64,000 nt of DNA from Macrostomum lignano (lineage: Eukaryota), in NCBI GenBank assembly GCA_002269645.1, contig NIVC01001277.1, positions 62,001 to 126,000 of the forward strand, read 5' to 3'. Below the pieces are notes generated by a model that saw only the letters and a list, made by a program, of their open reading frames with translations, was not told where the DNA came from and did not search any database. A program made the translations under genes and the position numbers. Below are positions 36,701 to 64,000 of the stretch, piece by piece. Every line of letters starts with the position of its first letter. Position 1 is the first letter of the stretch.

Positions 36701-37811
36701 CGAAAACCCAACCTAAAACCTAGCCCTAAACCTCAGATACTAGAATAGCTAGATGGACCACTCTGGTCTGGCTAATTAGTAAAACAGCTTTCTACTTTCA
36801 GTTCAGTAGCAAAGAAGAATACATAAGCTGTTTTTAAGAATAAAGGCAGCTGAAATGACTTTGATAAGTTTAGAAGCCCAAGCTTGCAGGCGTAAACAAC
36901 TTGCTAATTGGTTCAGCAATAATGTACATTAGCCAGTCCAAAGAAAATGTACATGGCAGATTTGGACTGGAATTCTGAGAAAGGCAATAAAAATTGGGGC
37001 GGGCGGGGTAGTGTGGAAAGGCGCGGTTGGAGGGTTCAAGTTGGGGGGGGGGTTAGAGTAGGGGTGTTCGGGTCGGGTTTTGGTACCGGTTTCGGGGTTC
37101 GGGGTAAGGTGTTCGGGTCGGGTATCGGGTACGGGGTTAGGTGTTCGGGTTTTCGGGTTCAATGGAAAAATAAACTTTAGCTATTTTAAAAATACATTTC
37201 TCCTAATGTCGTTATGTACCGCTTTAAAGTATAAAAAGGTGAATATTTAAACTTCAAAAACCGAAAAAATGCTTGAATTTAGGTTTTCAATTACAAATGT
37301 AGGGTTCTACGGATGAAGTCTATGAATCTATGGATTCTGGCTGGCCGCTGGACTATGCTTGTGGATTTAAAAAATCACAACTTAAACCCAAGTTGGTAAA
37401 CATTTGGATAAGTGGATGTTAAAGTCAATGCTAAGATCTTAAGAATGAGGAGTCAAATTATAGAGAGGAGAGTAAAGACTTTGCTAGCTAATGACAAAGT
37501 TAGTGTAGAACAAATCAAGCAACTTACTTGCGTATGAAAGCATCCAAAATAGTCTGCAACTTGTCGCAATCGTGCGCCCCATTCACTATGAACCGTTCGT
37601 TCTTCTGGTCGAATTGAATCTGGGCGCCAAGTTCGGCGCCAAAAAATTTAGTTGGGTAGATTGGCGGCCGGCCAAGGGCTTTGGCAACCTCGGGCATGTT
37701 CACTATAACAGTTTTAATGCCGTTACCCTTGCCCTCGACTTTGGCAATCAGTCTGGGCATCTTGTAGCGATAGAAGTCGTCGCTAACCTCTCGATTCACG
37801 TTCAGAGCCAT
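33714..37811 (-). CDS. eIF5: Eukaryotic translation initiation factor 5
   Basis: Exon 1 37811-37528 ([21 protein letters not shown]...[15 protein letters not shown]...); exon 2 from 36501 ([13 protein letters not shown] zinc ribbon; W2 region) to donor AAGGGG|GTGCGT at 35124; terminal exon 33983-33714 ([13 protein letters not shown]...DVDIDNI*). About 478 aa if the internal duplication is collapsed; as assembled, exon 2 is frameshifted. Confidence 0.95.
34340..35008. repeat. 24-bp intronic minisatellite (gattcagagatgattttacagagt)
   Basis: Tandem units in the last eIF5 intron. Confidence 0.93.
36799..37035. repeat. Dispersed repeat, copy 2, in eIF5 intron 1
   Basis: Matches 18393-18640; flanked by degenerate cctaaccc-like and gggttag-like tracts. 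Confidence 0.85.
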
Positions 37812-40800
37812 TTCCTTAATTTCCTAAGACTTGCAATTCTAAAAACTAATTTATGCCCTGATGAAAGATTTGCTTCAATTAGTTAGTTAGTCTTTTTATA
37901 CTGATTATGGTGCCCTGTTCAACTTATTATTCTCTTCTCATAATCCAGAAGATACCGATGGCTTGGAGCAGCAATTTTTATTGCTTCTTTTCGATGCGTT
38001 CGAATTTTAGCAGTTCGATTTGCATTTAGCCACTTCCGTCTGCTTGATAGCGTACTGCCTGCTGCTGCGGCGGGACTCTGCATGCGATTGACTTAGACTG
38101 GGCGCGTGCGTGCCTTGGCTTTGAGAATAGCGCCTAGTGAAATCTGCTGAGCAATTCTCCTGTCAGTGTCAGCTGGAGCTTGGCTGCACCTGTAACAGAG
38201 TGCATTTGAGGATTTAAGTTGTTGCTGAAAATATTCAATAAGTTAATTGTCTATCCTGGACGTTAACTTTGATGATGTTTTAATTCTAAGTCCTTATTTT
38301 GTATATAATCAGGTGTTCCAAAAAAGGTCAAGTTTTAATTCAATGACCAATATTGTACAAAACTGTTTGCTCCTGTTTCCTAGCAACTTGTATGTGCTAA
38401 TAATCAACATTAATAAGGTTTGTTTCACTGGAGTTCTTATTCTGATTGGTGATTGTTCCTAGGGGTCAGACAATATCATATTTACAAGATTTTTGGGATT
38501 TGATCAAGATACAAGATTAAGCCTAATTAGCATCTAGTAGGCCTAGTCTATCTATTAATGCTAGTATTGTTACTTGTTAAATGTGTACAATGATGATAGT
38601 AAAAGGAAAAACTTTTATTACATAATATATTTAGCATGTTAATAACTAGATGTATACCAAATATAAATATGATAATATTGTAGTCACCAATATTTGCATA
38701 GTCAAATCTTGACTTTTTTGACATGTTGAAACTGATATGAATAAAAAACCAACAATCAACATTTGTAAGTTGACATGTTTTGTATTCCATGGTAAATTTT
38801 TAGGTTTTATTTTATTAGAATTTTAGAAAATTTTATTAGAATAAAAAGAATCAAGGCTAACAATAATAAACATTAGAGATGTTCCGAAATTTTGATTTTG
38901 ATTTTCCAAATTTTGGAGTTTTCAAGAGCAAATTTCAATTTTGAAAAAATTTCGTAGGTCAAAATTTTGAGAGTCTAGTTCTGAATTTTTTTTTTATTTT
39001 GATACTTTTTAAGAACTCTGTTAAACTGTCTAATGATATGATTAAGAATTGATTTTTCAAATGTATTCCAATTTGTTAAAACAATTTAATTACATGTAGT
39101 TAATGCTACTTAGCATTTTTTTAAACTAATTGATATAATTAGAATCATGCATGTAATAATGTGCTGTGGGCACATAGCACCTTGCACACAGCATCAACAC
39201 ATTGAAATTGAGATGTGAAAATGGTTGAACCTATAACAATTAAAGCATGTGAATTTGCAAAAACAGATCAAAGCTTTTGCTGATTCATATTTTGTACGTA
39301 TACATATACAATGTACAAGTATTATGTACACATTGCCTTTTGCTTTTCCCATTAATGCCCTTAAAGCATGGTATACATATTCACATGTAAAGTTTTACAC
39401 AATTTGATTGCTATTCAATCAGCGAATCAGTGATTTCTGTATATGTACACACAGTTACATGTACATCAGTACATGTACATATATGCATGCTCATGCTCAT
39501 TGCCTTTTGCCACTCGAAAAAAAGATTTAAGAAAGGCTGATTTAACCTACATGTACTTGTGAGCACGGCAAACTGCAGTTTGGGATGAACTATTTTAACT
39601 TAAGGCAGACATCTATATACATAGTTCAAAAGGGTTTGAAATTTGATCAAAAGCTTGTATTTTTCTGTTTCAAATGTATAGCTAGAAATTCTATCTATAT
39701 AGAAATCACTAGGGCAAATTTTGAGCTATAAATATTCTACTGTACTTCAAAACTCGACCAGAACTATAGATTCTAGCTAACTAGCTACCTGCCAATTCCA
39801 TAGGGTCCTTTGATTTTAAGCAATTAAGGCCAGAATTGCTTCTGTTAGAAATTACACAATCTCTTAGTGATTTACTAGGCGAACTTGACCCCACGTTTAC
39901 TTACCTATGCAGAATTGTTTTGCACATTTCTATTGTTTGCCCAGCCTAGTCACTAGCTTGGACTTGATCTATGTTGGACCCCCTACAAATTACTAGCTGT
40001 CCATGCATTGTGGACATGATTCCTTTTATTCCACCCAATTGTGTAGCTAGCTACATGTTTTGAAATAGGGAGAGGGATTGAACTGGGTATTGAGACTTAA
40101 TTGGTTTCCTTTGCCACATGCACAATTATGATTGTGACTAAGCAGTCTCATAGAACAGGCTTAATACAACAATAATAAGAGAGCTTTGAGTATTAATAAG
40201 AGCTTGACTCAGAAGACTTCATGAATTCTGCGCCTATAAGACAATCATGCCAAAATTAAGAGCCATTGTGCACAACTACTTTAAGCTTTCCTCTGACCTA
40301 CTTTCTGCAGAGTGCAAAGAATATAAAAAAGTTGTTTCCCAAGGCAAAGACCCTCATAAGCCATCGAACAGTAGCATGTTGCTGCATCTTAAAAACTATC
40401 ACCCTGAGCTGCAAGACACTCAGGAAGAGGCTGACCTAGACAGATCATCAAGAAAATGCGCTGCTAAGGAGACCTAGCAAGAGAATCGAGACTTTTTGCT
40501 GCCTGAAAAAAGAGAGGTTGGTTCAGCCTACTTTTGAGCAACTGCAATAGCAAACTGCAGTTTGGGATGAAGCGTATCCTAAAGCCACTCATCTGACTAA
40601 ATTAATTGGTAAGTGTTTTTTCTTGAGTTTTTTAATCTGGCAGCCCACACTCTGCAGCAAACCAATCCAATATACACATGCATGTAGTTGTACACCTGCA
40701 TGTGATATGTGTATGTACATGCATGTGCATGTATAAGCAGTAAACCATGTGTACATGCAGTCATTGTTCATGAGGCTAATTGGTGAAAAGTATAACCTGT

Positions 40801-41337
40801 TCTTATACAGTATGCTTATATAGTACCTAGTACACTCGTATGCACACAGAAAGATGATAGCTGTTGACCCCCCAGCCATTTAGCCTTGTTGAACAACAAG
40901 GGTTCCGAAAACTTCTACACTTCTTGGCTCCGAACTATTCAATCCCAACCCGTCAACATTTTTCGGAAGCTGTTGTACCATCTTTGTACAAAGATGTCCG
41001 CTCAAATGTGCGAAATCTTTTGGGCAATAGTGAAACTATTGCTTGCACAAGCGATGAGTGGACTTTGATAAAGGGAAAGTGGTCCATTGTTAGCCTAACC
41101 GCCTATCTGATCAATGATTAGTTTAAGCTTTGGAAGGCAGTTTTGTGTAGTAAGTCTATCTATGGAGCTTCCACTGGAGAAAACATTGCCAATGCACTGC
41201 AGACCGTCATGGAAGACTGGGAAGTGAAGGAACAAGTTGTGGCCGTTGTCACAGATAAAGGCTCTTTGATGCAAAGTGCAGTTTGTCAGTTTCAAGTGAG
41301 TCCCAATTTCTTCTACTGTATCTATTTCTAGTCACTC

Positions 41338-43154
41338 CAGTGGTATGATTGGAAAGTTTGCCAAATTTCACGCCAAATGAAAATTTTTGCGCCATGCCAA
41401 TAATATTCTACTGACAGCCAAATAAGTCAATTGATGACACTTTTGAAGATACATAATTTTGCAGAATAATCTGGACTTATACTTGTGATTTGTCCAAACT
41501 AGATAACGAACAAGCCACAAAGCCAGACAACAAACAAACCAGACAACACAGGCAAAAGAAAATTGCTGCAGAAAGAAAAGTGCTGAATATGCATGTTGGC
41601 AAATTCACAATTACAAGACACTGTATATGCAAAAAAATAAATCAGTTAAAAGAGTTTGTTGTATGAAGTGAACTTCACAGTCACACATGATGTGCAATTT
41701 GCAATTTGCAACAGTTGACATTAGCAGCATGCGTCTGGCTACCAATTAGCATGTCTCTCAAGTCCTAGCCATGTCCCGTCTGAACCTCTTGTTGGCAATG
41801 TCTGCAGGCAGAGGACTGCTTGTGCTGTTGATTGACAACATTGACAGTAGCTTAGCAGCCTTGCACTTCAAGATGAGCTCAGCTAGCTTCTCTGCCTCCT
41901 TCTGCTTCTTCTGCACATTCTGCTGCTGACGCCTCAGTTTTTCAATCTCGGCGTCCTTGCTCTTGGTGGCTGCCGACAACTTGTGAAGCAGCTTATGGGA
42001 GTCTTCCCTCTCCTTTTGCTTCTACTGGATGTCTAGCTTGACCTGCTCCAGCGACTTGTCCAGGTGCGTGTACACTTTGCTGGCTTTCTTCTCAGCCTGC
42101 AGCTCCATCATGACACTGGCTTCCAGTTGCTGTGTTCATTCCCACTTGGCAGCAATCTTCTTGTCTTGCAGGCGCTGACGATAAGAAGCACAAGCACTGG
42201 CACACATGTTCTACAGCTGTGGAACAATTGGAATAGTTGCTGCAGACCACTGCTTCACCTGCAGGCAGGAGCGGGCTACTAGAATCGCCTTCACTGTTTG
42301 TGGTGCAAGACTGCAGCGCTTCTTTGTGACAGCATCACTTAGACTGCTAAACACACGTTCCACTTCTGCATTGCCATGAGGCAGAACAAGCAACACTCGG
42401 ACCAGACGCAATAGGAGAGGACAACTTCTGTCTGTGTCAATGGCAATGTAACTCCAGAAGTCTGTCACAGTCATGTCCATGGCTGTGTCTGGTGTCTCCT
42501 TCAGGTGAAGTTGGTGAAGGTGCACCTCAGTCTCCAAGTTGCCAATCTCTGTGTCAAGCACAACCACTGGCAGATGTTTGGCCAAGGTGGAAGCCCATTG
42601 CACAAAATCTTTGCTGCCTTGTTTCTTGGGATCGAGGAGCTGGCAGGCGCAGAGAATACTGTTATTCAGTGGCAGATAGTCAAAAAGCTTGGCTGTGCCA
42701 GTCCTGAAGAATGCCTTCATAGACACAAGACACTCCTGCTTATTCTCTCTTGTCATGTCAACAAAATGATGCTTGGCGGGTTCACCCATGCTGATCTTGT
42801 ATGGCGGCAGCCAAATTGACTCGTCTGTGATGTCCAGCTTTGAAAACTTCTTTGGCAGCTTCTCTGGTTTTACAAAGTGTAGGAGCCAGCACTTGGTAAC
42901 ATCTACAAGCTGCAAATACAGATGATGAATCTGGCAACCTTGCTGTTGAAACAGCATCTTAAATTGCTGCAATGGCTGGAGAACTTCTGCTAGAAAAAGC
43001 AGAAAAAACTCAACCTTGGGGTCACACACCTCAGCCTTAATAGCGGCAAAGTTGGCGCCATTAGCCTTTGTCTTTGAGTCTTTGATTTTGCACCAGATCC
43101 CCAGGATTCGCGCATTCGCACCTGGCACAAATTCACGCCTAAATCACACCACTG
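41338..43154 (-). mobile_element. Nested, internally deleted hAT element of a second family (antisense, in an intron of the host transposase)
   Basis: TIRs CAGTGGTATGATT and AATCACACCACTG; flanks agtcactc/agtcagtt (6/8 TSD match); carries the C-terminal part of a transposase. Confidence 0.82.
42211..43128 (-). pseudogene. 5'-truncated hAT transposase (C-terminal dimerisation region)
   Basis: LLDP...DFWS...LLLRLVRVLLVLPHGNAEVERVFSSL...VTKKRCSL. The ORF begins directly after the TIR, and the downstream coiled-coil tail has in-frame stops. Confidence 0.85.
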
Positions 43155-45133
43155 AGTCAGTTATCACACATCAGTACAGTGTAGCTTGTATAGTGCATGC
43201 AATCTTATATAGTATTATCTACATGTATATATAAGTTCTGTGAGCCAAACAACAGACAATAGACTTCTGAGCAAAATGTCTCAAAGCTGCTCTACAATAA
43301 TAATAATACTAAGATAAAAATACCGTACATTTCAACATTTAATTCCCTACTATGAGTAATAATTTATAACACTAACTTTGATACCTATAATCATTTTTAA
43401 AAGGTGCCTCATATCCTGTGTCATTCACAAGCTGCAAAATTGCATTTGCGACAACATTCCTGACAATGCCAATAAGCCGGCAGCACAGTGAATGGTCAAT
43501 GATCTTTTATCCTGTTGCTACACAATTGTACAGCACTTCTCTAAGTTGCCTAAGGCACATGGTGAATGGAAGAAGTGTTGTGAAGACCTGAAGGCCAAAA
43601 CATCCAAAATGCTTATTTAGGATATACGAACAAGATGGTATTCACAACATGACATGCTGGTGTCTTTTTGGGACCAGGTAATTAGAGAGCTTTTTTATCT
43701 GTCTTTACATTTGTCTATATGTACTTTAAGTAATATTAAAGATATCTCAGTAACACTAGAAGTTAGCTTCAGATACAGAGGCAATTTATAATGACTGCAT
43801 GATTTAGTATCAATTTCAAAATCCATTCATTAGGCACAAGTTGTGCAACTATACAGTGCCTAGCATAAAGTGGCTGCTATGTTGACCCATTCTGTGGGAT
43901 CTTATCAATCCACTAATTTTTTTGCTGCAACCAATTCAAGATCTAGGACTTTGGCTCTCTAGAAGAGGACTAGTGAGCACTGTTCTGCCTAAGGTAAATA
44001 CAAATCAAACTGTTCTATTATATCATTGAACTACTATAGTAGGATGTCAATTCTGTATATGTTCACGCATTCATATTCTAAAAATACTTTAGATATACAA
44101 GTTACATGTAGAGATGTACATACAACAGTATGCACACTGTATAGTTACATATTATATGTATTATACATGTATATTTGCATGCATACATATATACATGTAT
44201 GAGTAGTGTACATCCAGGTACATGTATATATAGACTATAGAACATCATAGCATTTTCTCATTTTTCTGCTTTAAAAATTTGCAGATCCAGGGTCTCTGCA
44301 AGTTTCTAAAGGTGGCAGCTGACTTGCCAAAGGTCATTGGAGTCCAGACTCTTGCCAAGATGCTCTCTGAGTTCATCCAACATTGCTTTGCTAATGTTCT
44401 GGCAATGGAAAACGAGATTTTGTCATTTTGACTGTGTTAGATCCCCACAATTGCAATCTTGGATTTCAAGGTGATCCTAGCACCATTGCTCAGGCTCATG
44501 AAATGGTGCTCCAGGCGGCGACTGCCATCAGCAATGGCAAAACAGGCGATCTGGACGACAGTGGTGGGACTATTGCCGCTACTAGTGCTCCAAGCAGCTC
44601 CATGGTGCAGACTGCTATTGGCCCTAGAGAAGCACAGCGTGCATCATCTTGAAGATCTTGATGATTGGTCTTCTGGAGCAGTTGGTACACACAGCTTGCC
44701 TTGGCTGAATTTGATTTGGACACAACAGCTTTCTATGGCTGAGGAACTTGGTTGCTACATCCTAGAAGCTCCTTTGGTCCGACCCGGGGACGCCAAGACT
44801 CAGACAGCCAATACTCTGCGCTGGTAGTCAGTAAACCAATTTAAATACCTACAGCTGGCAAACATCGCACGCAAGTACCTGGTTGTTTCACTGTCAAGTG
44901 CAGATTCTGAGTGACTGTTTAGCTCTAAGGGCCTCATTGTCACGGAGAAATGAAATAGGCTGTCACCTAAGATGGCTCAAATGCTTCTCATGATAGATTG
45001 TAATTTAAATATTTAGCTATAGCATTGACTGTATTGACATTTGCCTGCACTTACATGTGACATAATTAAATTATTTTGTATTCACAAACATGTTATATTG
45101 TATGTATATTACACGTCACATGTATGTTGCTGT

Positions 45134-45947
45134 CAGTGTTGCCACAGACTTTCATAAAAAATTTAGCGCAGGCTTAAAAAAATAGTGCAGCACATATACT
45201 TCATTAAAATACACTGAAAAAAATGAAGCCGACAAATAATGTCAGAAGTAGTGCACTATATTTTCCAATTTACTAGTTTTGTTTATTTTCTTTGCTTAAA
45301 AATTGTTTAAAACTACAAGTACCTCACAACTCACAAAGTGCAAAAAGATGAAAGATATATATGATCGGTTTTATTTAAAGTAGTTTCAATGAATATTGAC
45401 TTGCATCATTCATCAATCAACACATGACACATCCTCAAAACTTTACAAGGCACAAAAAGATAAAAAAAATTGCCCCATTGAATCATTTATCAATAAAGAA
45501 TAATTAATAGTCAGTCACAAAAGTCAAAGCACTTTGCTAATTTACTTTCTAGTTCCTACGCTGCTTCTTCTAATTAACAGCATTACTAGAAATATGACTG
45601 GTGCTCTTCCTCAAAACGCCCTTTGGCTGGTCTGTTTGAGCAAGCATCTCCTGTGCCTGCTTCCACATTTCATTGATGTTTTGCTACTGCCGCACCATAT
45701 CTTCTTGCTCCAGCTGATCCCTTTTTGCCGCCTTCTCCTACTCTGCCACATCACGCCAGTGCTTATCTAGCTCTATATAATTTTGATAAGAAAATTGTCA
45801 GTTACAGTCACACAAAGCAAGAAAAAAATTTTTCACAGAAGAGACAGAAAAAGTGCAGAAATAGCGCAATAGCACAAGTACTGTAAAAAAGTGCAAATGC
45901 GCTAAAAAAGCGCAAATGCGCTAAAAAGTGCAGGTGTGACAACACTG
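45134..45947. mobile_element. Nested non-autonomous hAT element (814 bp), third family
   Basis: TIRs CAGTGTTGCCACA and TGTGACAACACTG; perfect 8-bp TSD GTTGCTGT (45126-33, 45948-55); subterminal gcgcaaatgcgctaaaaa repeats. Confidence 0.92.
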
Positions 45948-48900
45948 GTTGCTGTATCACAAAATTTTTGTTGCATGTCATTACTACTACAAATACTATG
46001 TTACTACATATATTTCACTATCTTGCTTATTCAATGTTACACCTCAAATGAACTTTTCAGGAAAACAATGTTTCTTTGGGTAAAACCAATAATCAATGCA
46101 GCATTATAGCTAAATATATATTAAGTGTAAACTTTGTTCAAGGTAAACTTTACAAACTTTGATTAATATGAATATATACTACATGTACATTTTTCTTTGC
46201 TTGAGCAATCAATTTTAGAGTAGCTTTATTGAGCTTTAAAAGTGAGTGTTGGTCATATAGATAATAGTAATTTAGGCCCCATAAAATTTTGATTTTGATA
46301 GAAAATGCACTTTTGGAACATCTCTAATAAACATTTATATGATGCAAAAAATTTTTGATGAGTAATTATTTATTCTATACAATAAATTTGTCCAAAGATC
46401 AATAGTCAAATTGGGAATGGAAATCTTTGGACAAATTTATTTAATAATTTGAATAGTTACAAATTTATACCAAAAACATTTTGAGTGTATACCTACACTC
46501 TTAAATCTAAGCTAATATTGCAAAAATGACTTTCTTTTAATAATAATTTGGTTAATTTTCTTTTTTGTCTATATTATTAATAGTAGAAAATCAATATATG
46601 CTAAAATTTGTTAGAATGCTCTATTATAAGCTTAAAAACTAGAAAGTTTAAAAAATGAACTTTAGTTTTTTACTTACCTTCTTTTCTAATACTTAACATT
46701 CTACATTATTTGATTATTTAAACTGCATGTCAGGTATGCATGTACACTATTTTCTTAGGAGTAGGCCTAATACATGCCAACACAACTGTGTATGCCTAGC
46801 TTTAAGGATACAAAGCCAATGTATACCCAAATTTTATGGCATATGTACTACTACTAGATCCAGAGTACAATCTATTGTACAAGTAAAGTAATAAATAATA
46901 TATAAAGTAAGTTAAGTTCTAAACAAAATAAATTATATGATCTTGACCCTTATATGGGCATGGTCCTGGTCTAAAGTCAAAGGCTTATTAATAGATTTAC
47001 AATTGCCATATGCCAGTCAAAAGTACCATAACTTAACTAACACTAACACTAACAGTATAGAAAAAAGATATAACAAATAAAATTTCGAAATTTATAATTA
47101 AATCAAGCTTAAGTTTGTTAGTTATTAGTTAGGTCCGAGTATTAAGTTTGGCAAGGCAATGTCCTAGTAGTAGTTTCCCAAATATTTTTTCTTGAAGGGC
47201 CAAAGTGTAATCTTATCAAAGCAAAAATAGGCACTCACCTGTAACTAAAATGACAGGATCTTGTTTTTTTGTTTTTACAGCGTCCTAAAATCGTCAACTT
47301 GGATTGTCAGAAATGTTGACAGATGAATGGATGCACTCGGGTCATTCGAGTCACCTGAACTAGTCTTTGTACTTTGAAGTAGTAGTAGTAGTAGTAAGAG
47401 AATTTGGCTCAGGCAATTAGCCTGTTTGGCCAATATATTATAGAGCTATGTATTTGGAATTTTCGAATATAGAAGTTTATAAAGACGATTTGACGACGAT
47501 TTGCTGAGTTATTGTAAAAGATAAAGTATTTGAAAGCGCGCCAGAATTTTTACGGTATTTTTAGACGAAAAGTGACGACTAACAACTAACAACGAGTATA
47601 AATATTAATACAAAAATGAGTACAAATTACGAGGTATAGCTTTAATTGCGAGATTACTTTGGTAAGCGAGTTTGTAAAAAAAAAAAAAGATGTAGTATTT
47701 TTGAAAGCGCGTGATATTTCAAAGCGTGAAAAACGAACATAAACAATACTTCGAAAGAATTTTACGTTTAACGAATAACGACGATTTAAATATAGGAAAT
47801 TAAAAAAGACAGTAAATGAATAAACAACTGAAAAGCGGATTTGTTACACTGCTGATGTATCTGATTCAGTTTGTTTAACTGTTTTAGCTATTCATGACTT
47901 CATATATTTTAGCTACACCAGTGAGCTCTTTTCTGACTCTTTTTTCATTTGTAGCATATCCTATCTTGTGTATTTGATTGCTATTTAAGAGGTATTGACA
48001 GAAGTATTTTTTCCTGATCTCTTCAGTTTGTGGACATTCGGTCAAGTAGTCATTACGATGCAATTTTTTGATTAAAACGAAAAACAACAAAAACAAACAA
48101 ATGTAAGCTAAAATATTATCTAAGTAATAAGCACGCAAATACACAGTCATTTAAATTTAAAATTTAAATTATTTTCTTTCAAATTAATTTTTTTAAGAAC
48201 GAAACTTAGATCCATTTTCTCTCCGGTCTAACATTCACGTCGATTTCGACTGTACATAGATCGTCCTTGAATCGATACTGAAATTTTGTTTGGGGTAGTC
48301 TGAACCATGGAGCGTATTGGACCCTAGGACTAGCTGAGCTGAGGGTAGTGGCTCCAATTTATCTTTTTAGTCGATCCCTAGATGCACTATGCAAAACTGC
48401 AGCTTTAAATGAGTGTCGGGGACGAAAGAGTAAAAAGCAATGTACCAAGACAGGCATTTGTGTATCAAGCAATGATTGCCAAATCGGTCAATTTAATTTT
48501 ACGCATTTAAGTTAGCCTAAAAACGTATTTGGCCTCTCTATTCACAAAAGAATTGGTCGCATTTCAAACGAGCGCACCAATCTGAGCATGCAATGTATAG
48601 AAAGCGTGGCCTAATCGGATCAAACTTGGCAATCGAAACGTAGGGGCATAGCCTGAATGCTCTTAGAGTTGCCCAAGTCATCTGGGCACTGCTCACCGTA
48701 AAAACCTGGCAAAGTAAATTCGATCTCGCTGGCCAATGTACATGTAAATGCATGTACATGTGTATTTAATTTGCGACTTCCGCTCGTAATTTTGGCAGCG
48801 CTGGCTTAAGCTATATCAGATAAATCTTCAAGGCATAAAATCGTTAGAAAAAAATTGATTTTCAAAGAGTCTATAATAAAAAATACAATTGTAAACATTA

Positions 48901-49738
48901 GGGACTCGTACACTATACTAGCTGAGGTTTGCCGATTTAGGAAGAACCGGAGGCAGCGATCTAGGAAGAACATTTAATGAACTCGTATATTTACATGCAC
49001 ACCAATTAGCGCTTATCTGCCCCGATCATCCGATGACTCCTAGAAAAGTGCAGCTGCGTGGGTGTTGCTACGCATATAGTTCACGTCACGAAGGCAAATA
49101 TTGACTAGCACAAACGTATACTGCTTGTTAATTAACTGAATGATTTTCTTTTGGATGAATCGCGGGCGCAGCAATGTGACGTAGTTTACTTCCATTGTGC
49201 TTTTTGATAGATCAATGATGTCGCAAGCCTGCTTTTATTACATTCCAGCTGTTTTCGCGTGCACGTTCGATTGAAGTAGTCATGAACATTTTGATTCAAA
49301 CCACCAATCTCTTAGATCCACCACCCTCTACCACGCATCCCACTGTACTTTTACATTCGATTATTTTTGCTTGATCCGTAAACTGAAAGAACGAGGCAAC
49401 GCGGCTAATTTTCAGGGTTTGGTTTCAAATATTTATGGCTTTAGTGATCCTAGAAAAACAGTTAAATTATAATAAATCAAAAAACTCTGCGCTAGATTTT
49501 ATTATTCCCTGCAGTCGTGCCCTGAAAGCACAAAGAGAGAAGCTTAAATTGAATTAAAATATGAAAATATAAGAAATTTGAGCGGGCGGAAACAGGTTCA
49601 TCGAGCATCAGGACAACAACGCCACTCCTGGAACTTGAAACTTCATCACATTAGAACAGCACTATTAAGTTATAATTGACGTCTTGGTATTCGCCAACAA
49701 AACAATTGGCTGCTGAAATGTACTTTTCAAAGTGCACC

Positions 49739-64000
<14,262 letters not shown>

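Larger units (their letters stand above)
40247..45010 (+). pseudogene. Intron-containing ZBED1/4-like hAT transposase pseudogene
   Basis: BED finger remnant (VHNYF...AECKEYKK...SMLLHLKNYHPE, 40247-); DPQPFSLVEQQGFRKLL...TSDEWT...TGENIANAL...VVTDKG (40848-41295); SCVIHKLQ (CxxH) and *DIRTRWYSQHDML (43404-43677); VLDP; SSADSE*LFSS...RLSP dimerisation domain (about 44900-44980). Multiple stops and frameshifts. Confidence 0.88.
38874..46326 (+). mobile_element. Decayed hAT (Ac/ZBED-type) DNA transposon, 7453 bp including nested inserts
   Basis: TIRs TAGAGATGTTCC (from 38874) and GGAACATCTCTA (ending 46326); identical 8-bp TSD ATAAACAT on both sides (38866-73, 46327-34); internal transposase remnants. 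Confidence 0.93.

Noticed and set aside
47884-48150. ORF with LTECPQTEEIRKKYF, reminiscent of a LINE reverse-transcriptase C-terminal motif
   Set aside because: Single short motif with no RT domain nearby; cannot be supported without a search.

Overview
Eukaryotic (invertebrate) genomic DNA. GC-rich exons with Ala/Gln/Gly runs, GT-AG introns packed with mini/microsatellites, and the gene set together suggest a free-living flatworm such as Macrostomum (inference). I traced exons by hand with splice-site and phase checks. Left to right: (1) two Polinton/Maverick(adintovirus)-like ORFs at the left edge, apparently inside the first intron of a PF13350-type tyrosine-phosphatase-family gene (-); (2) a + strand gene with a divergent TALE homeodomain (PYP, WFANKRMR), polyQ tracts and a CtBP-type ALDLS motif, probably joined to an upstream two-C2H2-finger exon; (3) a complete 14-exon Mcr/TEP6-type macroglobulin gene (-, 1628 aa, LDLa module, no thioester); (4) eIF5 (-) with a probable mis-assembly in exon 2; (5) a 7.45-kb decayed ZBED-type hAT transposon with exact 8-bp TSDs, carrying two other hAT elements nested inside; (6) phospholipase C epsilon (-), running off the right edge. 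Most long ORFs in the supplied track are translations of tandem repeats, not genes.
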